Assembly (NCBI GenBank): GCA_008632985.1
Contig: QPGO01000014.1
Coordinates: 310,001-374,000 of the forward strand
Length of the DNA: 64,000 bases
Direction of reading: 5' to 3'
Source of the DNA: Psammoneis japonica
Lineage: Eukaryota
How positions within the stretch are numbered: position 1 is the first letter of the stretch; each line of letters begins with the position of its first letter. The position numbers and the translations under genes were made by a program. This document shows, in pieces, positions 37,201 through 48,750 of this stretch. The notes beneath the pieces were generated by a model. The model saw only the letters and a program-made list of their open reading frames with translations, did not search any database and was not told where the DNA came from.

Positions 37201-40200
37201 CTGCTGCTGTGAAAGCAAGCTGTTGCCCCTGGGTTCGACATGCGAACACCCAGTTGATTGCTTTGAAGATGCTGTTGTTGGTGTGGCAGGCTTCCACTGT
37301 GACTCCACAGCTTTTGGCATGCTGCTCAAAAGCACGTTTTCCCTCTGATGTCTCTGCTGCCAATGCCCTCTTTTGCAGGTGCACGTGTCCCAACTTGGAG
37401 CATTGATCCACGCACACTGTTGCACACATGTGCCATTTGGTTGTTGGCCATCTCTGGTCATTTGAGCAATTGACCCCAGTGTTTGTGATTGCAGTTGATC
37501 TGCTGAGATGACTTGGCCTGGGCGTCAGGGTTTTTTTGTCAGTTCCTGGTTGCATCACATTTTTTGTCCCATCATTTCCACTTTGTTGCCTTTGCACACA
37601 GGCACTTGGAGCAGACAGGTGCATTGCATTTTGCCAGGTCCTTGGGAAGTGTTCCCAATCTTGCCATAAATTGCAGTTTCTTGAAACTCATGTGACCAAA
37701 TTGTTGATGGCATTTTAGGAGCGGTGATGCCCCAGTGAACTGTTGGCAATCTTCTTCATCCTCCACCATGGTTGGTGGTTTGGGGTCCACTCCCTCTGAG
37801 GTCAAACTTCACAAGTTGTCCGTGTCTCCCTCATGCTTGCCACTCAAGTTTGGCCCATCTAAGTTGTCATGAAATCTGCCGCCGTTGATCCGTTGCCTTC
37901 CTCAGGTGCCAACCCTGAGTCTTGCAACAGATCTTGGCCCTCAGGTTGCCATTCATTGCACTGTGCATCCACGTTGCATTCACCTTCAGCTTCATCTTGG
38001 CCCTCATCATCAATGACAACAGCAGCCTCTTTGGCTGGAATGGGATCCTCAACTTCATGTGCTGGGTCATTCTCTGCTTCTGCACAGAATGCTTCATGCT
38101 TTTGGCACCCTGGTGCCAAGTGAAACACAGCCACATTGGTCATTTCGCTCAGTGGCACAGCCAGTTGATGCCTCTTTTGATTTCAAGAGAGGGTCACTCA
38201 TTTTGAGTCGGCATTGCTGCCTGTGCCTTTGCTTGGTTTGTTGTCCCTTTGGGTGTTGGGGGCTCAGCAGTCTGACCTTTCCACTTGGTGGCAGAACAAA
38301 TTTGGTGTCTTGAGCTTGTGTGTTCTGCCTTCATTGTCATTCCACCTCCATGGCAGGGTGCCCACCTTGAGTCCAGTTGTTCTCAAATCACCGAACCCTT
38401 GATGGCTCTGTTGCAATCTTGCAACTCACCAACAAAGCCTTCCACACAATTGGATGTGCAACCTGCAGCCTGATTGTCAACCCCCCGACTGGTCCAGAAT
38501 CAGCATGGAAGGCCACCGTGTGTTCCAATGTGCTCTTGTGTTGAGCCTGCATTGCTGCCACCACCACAGCCATTGCTGTGGCACAGCATCACAGTTGCTT
38601 GGGTCTCTTGAGCTTGTCCATGGACTGGTGGAGCCTTTGGATCCTCCCTCTTCTGGGTGAGTCAGTGTTGGTGTCGATCACTTCAATGGAGTGTGTGACT
38701 CGTTCTCTGATGCTGTGCAATGTGTCAGTCAAATGGCACCAACCAGAGCGTAGCCTGCACCATTGCTTGCACTTGGGTGTGCAGTGTGGTGATTGCCTTG
38801 GGTTGTCATTGCAGCAGAACAACAAGCAGATGACAAGAATTGCAGCCTGTGGGCTGCAATGAGCGCAGGCCATTGAATGGTCTGCAATGATCAGTGTCAG
38901 AATCATCAAGGTCGTGCAATTGTGGGCTGTCGCCTGCCATGCAAAAGCAGAGCTGTCACTTTTAAGAAAGCACAACACAGCATCACAAGGTTCCCAATTG
39001 CATTTCCATCTCACACATGATTGCAGCAGTCACAACCATGGCCGTGCTCCAGGAGTCATTTGGAATCCTTGTCCGACCCTTCCTTGTCGACGACTGCCTT
39101 GCATGCCTTTGCAAGCTTGGTGCATCTCTTTTCATTGCACCTGTGGCCAAACTTCTTGTCCCATCCATTGTCACTCTTGTCTTTGGCTGGCCTTTTCTTG
39201 TTGAACTGCTCTGGATTGAATGCACAATTCTCTGGGGTGTGCTTGTGCCACTTGCCAGGGCATTTGCCCCCAAGGTCCTTGTGGCAGCAACAGTTTGGTG
39301 CTGCTCCACTCCAATGCTTTGGCTTGGAGATCACATCCTTGGCTGGGTGCAAGTTGTCCTTCATCTGCTTGGGCATGCCTCCCTTCTCACTGTCTTTTCC
39401 TTTGCCATGCTTGGAGTCATTCCAGCTGCTTCTGGCATTGTCCTTCTTGGCTCGCTTTTCGATGCCTTCAAGCTCCGGGAGTTTCACACGGATCGTGCTT
39501 GTGGTCACGTTTCCATCAAGGTGCGACTCTTGAATGATGACTTTGAGGAGCAGGCAACCAGAAATCTTGTCTCCAATCTTGTGGGACTTGTCATGGATGT
39601 GCACCTTGTCCACTCCATTTTTGGAGATCGAGCCAATGAGACAGCATCCAAGCATGACAGTGTCTTGGGCCGCATGGCAAGGATTCACAATGCATGACTC
39701 CTCGTGTCTTTCAATGCATTCCAAGCTGATCTCACCACAATTGGTGAGCAGGTTTGAGTGCATCACATCAGCATCAGCAGGGTCCTTGGGCATCTCATCA
39801 GAATTCCCATGACTGGGTCATTCCATCCGAGCAAGCTTGCGCCCTGTTCTCTCGGCATTCTTGAGGAACTGAAAGAGCTTGCCTGGAGTGCAGTCGAACT
39901 TCTCCCCACTTTGGCTCTTCCAAACCAGTTTGGAGTGATCTTCATCCAGCACTCTTGCAAAAATCCACTGCCCCCATGATTGCCTGAGCTGGAGCCAGAG
40001 CAAATGGAATGTCCTTGTCGGATGACGACAAGACACTCGAAGCATCCGATGTGTTTCCAGTCTTTGGTGCAGAGGAAGCATGTCACAACATCCAGAGCAA
40101 CATCCACAAAGCAAAGCACAATGAGACACAATGGACATGGGGCGATTCTTAGGTGCCAAGTGTTGCAGCGACTAAATTGAGATTGTGAGGAGAGTTGCTT

Positions 40201-40267
40201 GAGTGACGTTTTTGTCGCTGATGACAGTCTTTGCAACGGCGGGTCACAATGACCATTCTGACGATTT

Positions 40268-40449
40268 TGCAAGATCTAGCTTGAGATGACTTGACAAAAG
40301 TTGTGGGAGAACCAAGAAGAGACCCGATCAGCGCAATCGCTGATTGGAACTGACTTCCAACGGCTTCCTGAGTGTCCAATGCATCAGTCAATGTGCATGT
40401 GTCAGAGAGGGCACACTTGGTCATAAAGTGCATGTGCCCATCTCATTCA
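40268..40449 (-). repeat. Gypsy 3' LTR (TpA-depleted copy)
   Basis: Colinear with 45744-45925, 17 transitions. Confidence 0.95.
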
Positions 40450-40499
40450 CTCTTCCCCTCCATGGTGCAAGGAACACGCGCACCATTGGAACCACTTGA

Positions 40500-43400
40500 C
40501 TAAAACTCAAACCCAACACGCACGGTGAAGGGAACCCAGATGTTGGGAAGAAACCCTCAACTCCGGTGCGGCACCACGCGGCGAACATTGATTCGCTCAA
40601 TGATGTGCGGTGCTCGCAGCACCGAAACAGTCCCGTTGGCGTGGACTTGTGCAATTCAAAACGGACCACAGGCTCGTTCTTCCAACTTTGAAGGATCCAC
40701 CGACTTGATTGACACATCTTGACCAACCAGACAATCGCAGGAATGGCGCTTCGCATTCTGTCGTCGTAGATTCTCGTCAACCAATGCTTGTCGGTTGGCT
40801 TGTGTCGCAGCAAGGTCGGAGACAACTGGCAAGTCCAAAATCACATCACGTTGAAACACTGGAGCTCCACTTGAAACACCCACAGACCTTGAGTGGGAGC
40901 ATCGTAAAGCACAAGAGGCTGCAGCAAGGGCATTGTCCACAATCTGCTCGGCCTGTTGAACATTTAAAGGTGGGTCAGCGACAACCACAGCACGTGAGAT
41001 GTTAGCTGCTGTCTGGTGCATTCGTTCACAAATGGAGTTGGCTGTAGGATTTCGAGACGTCGTCGGCGCATCAGCAACACCCGCTTGATTTGGTGGCATT
41101 TGGAACTCCCAACCAATGAATTCTCCACCATTGTCATGGATGCATGATTCGGTCTGGGACAACGAGCTGACCAAAGATTGCGAAACTTGCCAGTCACATG
41201 CTGAGAAGTTTTGTTGTCAGCGCGCTTGAGTTCAGTCAATCCAGTGACAGCATCAATGCAAGTGAGAGCACTGAATTCAATCTCTTGGTCTTAAATCGGC
41301 ATTTTCCACGGTCCAATGAGATCAACCGCCACTTCCGTCCACGGAGCCAAAGGTGCTTGACGTTGAGGCAATTCTCCATGTCCAGGACCCAGCTGTTTAA
41401 ATCGTTGACACGCATCGCAAACAAATTCGTTACAACATCGACGCAATGCAGGATGACACACATGAGTCCGAACACTTTCACACAATTGCACAACTCCACA
41501 ATGGCCCAACACACGATGGCACCATGCAACGGCATCTGGCAACAACGCAGCAGGAATGCAAATTTTCCAGGCTCCAGGCGGATCATTCAGATGCAAACAA
41601 CAACAAATCAAGGGACGATGATTCACAATTTTGACCACGAACTGCTGCGGATTTTGTTGTCTTTGTTGGTTCAGTTGGAGGTCTTCGAACTGGAACTGTT
41701 GTGTCCTCAGCATCTCAGTGGGATTCGGCATTTCGTCCAGCGTTGGGTAATTCAAAAAGCACTCAAACAATTCAGGCTCATCAAGCAGAGAGGAAAAGGT
41801 GGCGTGAGACTCATCAGAAGGATCAACCGGAGCACGGCAACACTTGAACCTGCAAGCGCCCAACTCCAAATCTTCCTCTTCCTTGGCTTTGCTCAGTTCC
41901 TTGGAATCCAACTTTTCAAAATGAACAATTTTTCCTTTGCGTTTGCTGCTTGGCCCAAGGCTCTTCCCCTCCGAAGGTGGATCCATGCGTGGGAGTCAAG
42001 AAAAACAATCGGCGAGCACGTTGTCCTTGCCTTCAACATGCTCAAAGGTGGGCACGAAATCTTCGAGAAACAGTCGCCAACGGAAGGACACGCTGTGCAT
42101 TCAAAGTGTGACAGGTGAGATTTTTGTGATCAGCATGAACAGTGATGTCAGCACCGAGCAACATGGAGCGAAATTCCTTGAAGCACATGACGACGGCCAG
42201 GAGTTCTTTTTCCATTGTAGAGCAGTTGCATTGAGCCGCCGAGAGCTTCTCAGACCAATGTGCCACAGGTTCACCATCTTGAACAATGGCGGCGCCCATC
42301 TGGCAGTCTGATGCATCGGTGCAGACATGGAATGGTGGGTTGTGGTTAGGACAGGCCATCAATGCTTCCGCCACAATTGCTGCTTTCATCTCCTTGAACG
42401 CTTTCGGACATGATTCTGTCCATTGGAACTGACTCTTGCCTGTCAATTCAGTCAGAGGTGCAAGCAGGTGAGAACAGCCAGGCCACACATTGCGACAATG
42501 GGTTGCTGCACCAAGAAACGACCGGAGCTGAGTAGCATCCCGTGGAGGTTGCATTTGTGGGATCGCCTCGACCTTCTTTTTCCACGGTTTAATTCCAGTT
42601 GGAGCAAGCCAATGCCCCAGGAAATCAGTTTCTTGGACACACCACTCGCATTTCAACGGGTTAACTTTCAAACCATTCTCCTCGAGATGATGCAGCACCT
42701 TGTCAAGATGAGAGAGATGGCAACCAAAGTCAGCATCAAATGTGCCAATGTCATCAACACAAGTTTCAACATCCAAACCATGTGGGATCTTTTCAACAAT
42801 GGACTGAGCAATGTCTGGAGCTGGCTTCAATCCCACAGCCGTGCGACAACACTGGAACTTCCTGTGCGGAGTTGCAATCGTAGCGAGCTCCTTGCTTTCA
42901 TCGTCCAACTCCAAATTGTAGTAGAACACAGTGAGGTCCAATTTCGTGAAGAACTTGTAGCCCGCTCTCCGCTGTAGCACATCTTGAATGACTGGCAAAG
43001 GACATGCTTTTCGTTTGAGGACCTTGTTGAGCTCCCAAAAATCGGACACCCATCGTGCTCGGCCGTCCTTCTTCGGAGCAATGAAGGTGCCGGCTGCCCA
43101 TTCCGTAGGTCCACATGGTCGAAGTACGCCGAGGTTCACCAAATGCTTCAATTCCTTTTTGAACACTTCTTCATTGACTCGAGCAACAGGAAACGGTTTT
43201 GAGTGACATGGAACAGCATTTTCATCCACTTCGAGGTGCACCTTTTCATGAGGACAGTGCCCCAAAGTTCCGTCAAACAAGGTCGAACATTTTTCCAATG
43301 CCGCCAGTGGCTTCTTCTTTTGCTCCTCCGTGAGATGATCCAAGTTCCGAACCACCTCGCTGGATCTGTTGCTTCACACTTGGCGTCGAGCACACAGTTG

Positions 43401-44035
43401 TCACACCCATCATCGCATCCACAGTCCGACTCGTCTTCATGATTTTCATCAAATTCATCCATTCGATCTAAAGCCACACACCAGTCACAAGATTTGGACC
43501 AATGACGAGGTTCCTTCATTGGGATCACATGGTCCAGCCATCGCAGTGTCCTCGCATCATAGTTCAGGTTGAGACCAATCTTGTCCAAGAAGTCTCGACC
43601 CAAAATGATGTCATGCACACACGGAGCATCAAATGCGTGAGCCACACAGCTGTCAATCCTCCCAGTTTTGTCAAATTCTGGTGACACGACATCGCTCAAG
43701 GCTGCCCAACGACCCGATTGGAAAGGACCAGCCACGGTTTGGAAAGCTCTGACTCCATGTTCGTCAACAGATGGTGTGGCTCCTCGAGGTAAAACTTGGG
43801 ACAAAATCACAGTGTGAGAACCACCTGAATCGAACAAAACACGCATCACACGATTTGACTCATGCCATTGGATTGATTTTGCAACAAGCAGTGCAGATGG
43901 GACCAATGCGGTGCGCGAGACTTGCGAACTCATTTTGGGGAGAGGAACATTGTGTTCAAATGCATCTTGATCAAACACATCCCCCTCTTCATTCATGTAA
44001 TTTTCTGCAGCATTTTCAAATTCAGTGGGTGACAA
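40500..44035 (-). pseudogene. Gypsy pol (protease, RT, RNase H, integrase), frameshifted
   Basis: LFDSGGSHT protease, KLDL and TCVDD (from YxDD) RT, CTDASDCQMGA and EKELLA RNase H, HxxLGH/CDAC, VDLIGP, HDNGGEF, NSICERMH integrase. Confidence 0.92.
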
Positions 44036-44173
44036 TTCGTCAGGATTTTCAAAACAATCAAAAGCAAAACATTCATCATTTCATTCAGGCAAAACACAAT
44101 CATTTTCTTCAACAAATGCTTCTCTCACAGGCAATTGGGAGCATTCAGCTCCGGAGCATTCAGCTCCTTCTTC

Positions 44174-45430
44174 TCAGAACTGCCGAGGAAACTGCCCATC
44201 CGGCTGAAACCTCACCACACCTCTGCATCTTGGAGGGCCTCGTCCGATCATGTCGAAATGGCGCACATCACCACGAGGAGCTTCTCGAGCCTGGTTGTCA
44301 TTGTTCACATTGTCTGCTTGAGCAGCATGTCCGTCGGCCTGTCCTTGGCCTCCACGGTTGTTGTTTTCATTGCAACAATGTTGACCACCACCTTGGTTGC
44401 CATTGTCATTTTGATTTCCATTGTTGTTGTTACAATGGGTGCCACGACCTCCTTGGTTCTGGTTGCCACGACTGCCAAAGCGTCCACCACCTCCACGGCC
44501 TTGACCACGGCCTCCTTGGAAACAACCTCCGCCTCGACCTCCACCGCCACGGCCTCCTCCTCGACCGCCACGGTTTTGAGGCCCACGAAAGTTAGGGTTG
44601 TTTGGATTGTCACAACATTGGCCCCACGCATGCCTTCCATGGTGCCACGGGACCGGACACAGATCACCTGCCTTCGGTTGGCCCTTGCTGTCCTTCTTGT
44701 CACGGTTGCCCTTTTTGTCACTGGAGTTTCCTCCGTTGCCATCACTGGACTTGCGTTTCTTGTCATCTTGACCGTTGGCAAACACCTTCTCGTCACTCAC
44801 GCAGGCTTGGATGTCAACCATAGAATCCGCAACAAGGTTCTTGCCCACACGAATGTGGGACTGCTGCCAGGTCAAAGGGAAGGTGCAAAAGATGACATTT
44901 TTCTGCTCCTGCTCTGCAAGTGCAGGAACGGCGCCAGGCAAATGGTTGGTGCAACGAAACAACGTCTCCATGCGATCAACATGAGTTTCAGATTCCACTG
45001 AATGAGGCTTTTTGCAAGTGGGCAAATGCATCTTCATCGTGTCGCGAGCTGTCGGTTTCACGCAGGGCAGACAGCAGGATGAAACAGCCTGATCAAATCG
45101 AGCCACCGTCCGTTGATTCTGTGGAATGCCCGCGGTGACATTCTGCCATTTTGCCTCCGCAGTTCCTTGGAGACAATCCTCGAAAGCATCAAATAACTCC
45201 GTTCCGGCATCACAATCTAGCTGTCTTGCCACCTTCCGGAACCTGTCCTCCACATGCAACAATGATTCAATCCCATGCTCTCCTGTGAAAATGGGACACA
45301 TTTTTGAAAGTTTAGTGCCATCATCGAAGGTTTGAGTGAGCTTCACTTCCTGTAGCTCAGAATCCACGAATTTGGTTTTGTGTTCAACACACGCTTTCTC
45401 CAAGGCTTCTTGATGCATGGCGATGAACAA
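44174..45430 (-). pseudogene. Gypsy gag-like ORF
   Basis: 418 aa with a CPV..H..H.W..C zinc-knuckle-like motif and RGG-rich tail. Contains no Tyr. Confidence 0.8.
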
Positions 45431-45743
45431 TTTCAGCGATCAAATGATCAACTGTCCACAAGACAAACGAAACAAAACGTTCCCAATTGATCCACACAAC
45501 GAGAACAATCAATGACCAAACAATGACGAATTCAAGAGTGGCAACACGAGATTCGAGTTCAAACAAATGCTGTTCCGAATCGCCAATTTCACGAGTGTAA
45601 TTGCGCTGCACTTCTGATCGACTTCGAATGAAATTTTCTGCACGAGCTCGCAAACAAATTTTCTCTCTTCTCGACAACACTCTTCGCGTTGTCATAAAGT
45701 TGACAATGCAATGAACAAGCTATGACAACGACTGTAATTACAG

Positions 45744-45925
45744 TGCAAGATCTAGCTTGAGATGACTTGATAAAAGTTGTGGGAGAACCGAGAAGAGACC
45801 CGATCAGCGCAATCGCTGATCGGAACTGACTTCTAACGGCTTCCTGAATATCTAATACGTTAGTTAATATACATATATCAGAGAGGGCACACTTGGTCAT
45901 AAAGTACATGTGCCTATCTCATTCA
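45744..45925 (-). repeat. Gypsy 5' LTR (TpA-intact copy)
   Basis: Direct repeat of 40268-40449. Retains 15 TpA, including a TATA-like tract. Confidence 0.95.
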
Positions 45926-46029
45926 GATTTGACAATCTTCACAGCAGCAGGGCCATGACCCTGGATTACCGTTCCGGTAGGTGAAGTGCACAGTAACAGA
46001 GACACTCATTTGAAGCCGCCTTGACAAAA

Positions 46030-47286
46030 ATGAAAGATGAAAATCAAGACAATAATGAAAGAAGTTCCGAGGAATCGCCAGCTCCATCATTAAGACCAAC
46101 ATGCAATCGCCTTGGATGGGTAGGGCGAGTCATTATTGTGTTGGCATTGCTTGCAATATATAAAATATCGTTGACAGCGGAGAAAATAAAAAATGTGGTG
46201 CAAGAGGAAGAAGGAGAAAGTTCTATGGCCAAACAAAACGTCTCAAAAGGGTCTCCTAGCGCAACTACAAACTCAACGAAAGCTCCTTTAGGATCTTCAT
46301 CGGATGCGGCTGATTCTTCGTTTGATTGGGACGCCATGGCAGATCGCCTTTGTCCGAATATGGTTCCCAACGTTGCATTGGGTGAGAAACTCTTTCAACT
46401 CGCACGTCAAGAATTGCCTGGCAACAATGCTACCTGCCCTAGCAATACCGACGAGATGTCTAGACAGTTTTATCAAACCTTTTGGGGAGTCAAGAGCTAC
46501 ATTACCAACAGCCAAAAACGGATTGCCTTTGTTCCCATTTGGAAATGTGCCAATGACGAATTGCGTGCTTACTTGGAACGAAACTTTGAGAGCGATAATT
46601 TCTTTGCCTTGACGCAAACGCAACGAGAGAGCATGGCGTGTTTAGTGACCGTCATTCGAGATCCTGTCTCCCACTTTTTATCAGCGTACAATGAAGTGGA
46701 TTTTCGACTCGACAAGGGGCGATCGGATCGAAGTAGTGTCGCTAGTACATGGAACTTTTATCACGCTCCAAAAGGAACGAAACAAAGATTTGAACAGTTT
46801 TTGATTGATTTCTTGTCTTGTCCATTTGAACGTGGGTTTCGAGGCATTTACAAAGATTTATGGGGAGGCTATCCTCACACTCTGGAAATTGGTCATACGT
46901 ATTCCATGTCGTCAGTGTTGCACTATTTTGCAGTCGAGACTCGAGTCAACGTGACGAGCAATCTCACGTATTTGCCAACACTCACCAATCTTTCTCATAC
47001 GTTTGGACCCTTTTTGGTACACAATTGTCCCGAAGGAACCTTTTCCAATCAAAGTGAAAGTTGGTTAAGGCATGAAACTGTGTACACAAATCACCATGAA
47101 TCTTCCAAGGATGTATCTGGTTCGTATCATGCGGCGATTGACGTATGGAAACAAGCTTCGTCTTTTTCCAAGGCTTTGTGTGCCATGCATATTATGGACT
47201 ATGCTTGTTGGAATGGCTTGCCAGATGGCATACCACATGTGTGTATGGAAGTGTACAAATCGTATGATGAGCAAGGAATTCTTTGA
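46030..47286 (+). CDS. Type II membrane sulfotransferase-like protein
   Basis: N-terminal TM, IWKCAND and IRDPVSHFLSAYNE motifs. Confidence 0.75.
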   Translation: MKDENQDNNERSSEESPAPSLRPTCNRLGWVGRVIIVLALLAIYKISLTAEKIKNVVQEEEGESSMAKQNVSKGSPSATTNSTKAPLGSSSDAADSSFDWDAMADRLCPNMVPNVALGEKLFQLARQELPGNNATCPSNTDEMSRQFYQTFWGVKSYITNSQKRIAFVPIWKCANDELRAYLERNFESDNFFALTQTQRESMACLVTVIRDPVSHFLSAYNEVDFRLDKGRSDRSSVASTWNFYHAPKGTKQRFEQFLIDFLSCPFERGFRGIYKDLWGGYPHTLEIGHTYSMSSVLHYFAVETRVNVTSNLTYLPTLTNLSHTFGPFLVHNCPEGTFSNQSESWLRHETVYTNHHESSKDVSGSYHAAIDVWKQASSFSKALCAMHIMDYACWNGLPDGIPHVCMEVYKSYDEQGIL

Positions 47287-47653
47287 AGCATTGCAGCTTT
47301 TCCACAGAACATTGGTGAAGCCTTCTGGATTCTAAACTTATTTGCAGTGAAACAAATAATGAGCTAGGCTAGTATCCATTTTTGATCTTTTTGAGCTCAT
47401 TCTACTCCACAAGTGTTGATAGCTGCTCTAGAGCACCGGTAGCTACAGCTAAACTACTCTAGCTAGCTAGCTAGCTTAGAGAGAATAGAGAGACCCTGAG
47501 AAACACACGGTCGCTGACAGACTGCAGCTCGAACATTTCGCAATTCATTTTCACTTCGTCGAGACAATGACGAGACTGTCTTCTCAGCCTAACAGACATC
47601 CATCATGGCGAGTTATCATAGAAGCAGGGAAAATGCTTCACGAAGAAAGCAAC

Positions 47654-48750
47654 ATGAGAAGTCAAAAAGAAAGAAATAATGCAAGAAGAGCATTGGGCAG
47701 GAGTCCTCTGTTTCCGTTTTAATTGTTCTCTTTGCTGTTGTCACATCAGCACTTTTGAGTGTTCCCACTGTTCTTCAAAGTGAAACGATGCCACAGTGCA
47801 TCACAACACCAGTGATGCCAATGATTTTTCCACTGGGCATTGTTGGGACATTTTTGCTTGGCAGTGGAAATCCCCAGCTTTGGAATGCCATGTGCTCCTT
47901 GTTTCTGCTGCAGTTGACTCAACTCATTGTTCCTCAAAAACTGGACATCTTGGGAGCCGTCACTTGTTGATCACTTGAATTTAGTGGCACTTGGTCAAAA
48001 CAATGCTTCACATCAGCATAAGATCATTTTCTTTGAACAAGACTGCAGCTGTTTGTCCAAACTTTGATGGTTTTTCAATGATGACTCATGAACACCAATT
48101 TATGATGCCCATTGTGAGTGTTTGCTCATGCCACAAAAGAGTGTTTTTGTGTCCTCCAAAACACATCTTCCTCATCTTGAACATGCGCTCAATGCAACAT
48201 GAGCATGCTGATGGAACCCATCTAAGCACCCATGTGCCAAGCTCCATTGGAGCACATTCAAGGCAAACAATGGCACACCACTGCATTTCTGCATCTGTCC
48301 ATGGTGCAAAAATGTGAGTGTTGAATCAAGACAGATCCAGAGACAATTTTTTTGCCACTCTGCTCTCCACATCAGGTGGCAGGGTGGGCCCCACTGGCAC
48401 AGTTGTTTTGTGAGCCAGCAACGCAGGTTCCAGACTCCACCAACCCGGAGGACATGTGCCATTGGGTTCCAGATTCCATTTGGTCAGAAGGAACTTTGAA
48501 CCTTCCGTTGGATTCTGGATTCCATCATCAAGCTGCACACCAGTGTTGGGTCGTAGGTGTCATGTCTCATGAGCCACTCTCTTGGGTGTGACAGATGGGG
48601 CTGCCAGTGTTGAACACACAGGCCTCTCCAGAGAGTGGGTTGGGTGCTGCTGCACACAATGGAGTTCAAGCACAATGTGGTCATCTCATGACACAAAATT
48701 GCGCATGAAGGCGCAAAGGATTTCTGTTGAGCTTTTGTCAATGCCGTTGT
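47654..48750 (+). pseudogene. Possible hypermutated remnant of a host-type (type II membrane) gene
   Basis: ATG followed by basic then hydrophobic codons, then TpA-free broken frames. No domain recognised. Confidence 0.3.

Larger units (their letters stand above)
40268..45925 (-). mobile_element. Full-length Ty3/Gypsy LTR retrotransposon, hypermutated
   Basis: 182-bp TG...CA LTRs, TSD GATTT (40263-40267, 45926-45930), PPT GGAGGGGAAGAG, order gag-PR-RT-RH-INT. Confidence 0.96.
34279..45943 (-). mobile_element. Second, older Ty1/Copia element (Copia-2), its 5' LTR split by the Gypsy insertion
   Basis: 3' LTR 34279-34506 with PPT GAGAGGGAG; 5' LTR 40081-40267 + 45931-45943. Remnants: gag ~39056-39960, integrase ~37028-37720 (HHMNGMAK), RT ~35328-36275, RNase H 34603-34827 (FEDNS, TKHLNVKLHHFR). 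No matching TSD found. Confidence 0.85.

Noticed and set aside
1775..45430. Alternative genetic code in which TGY/CAY encode Tyr
   Set aside because: Neighbouring host genes use TAY normally, and non-coding LTRs show the same changes
45720..45743. Tf1-like self-priming site in the Gypsy element
   Set aside because: Only a 12-bp palindrome (CTGTAATTACAG) is present, with no convincing complement inside the LTR
1404..45925. ADAR-like RNA editing or RT error as the source of the A->G changes
   Set aside because: Both TA->TG and TA->CA occur on the same strand, the two LTRs of one insertion differ, and an intron-containing gene copy is affected, so the changes arose in genomic DNA after insertion
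40268..45925. Classical RIP (CpA->TpA) acting on the outer LTR
   Set aside because: Invariant Tyr motifs (YxDD, YTDAS) read Cys/His in the element body, so TA is ancestral and the direction is TA loss
34274..45952. TSD for Copia-2
   Set aside because: Flanks CAGGG and GCAGC do not match at the inferred LTR ends. The two LTRs are diverged and may derive from recombined copies.
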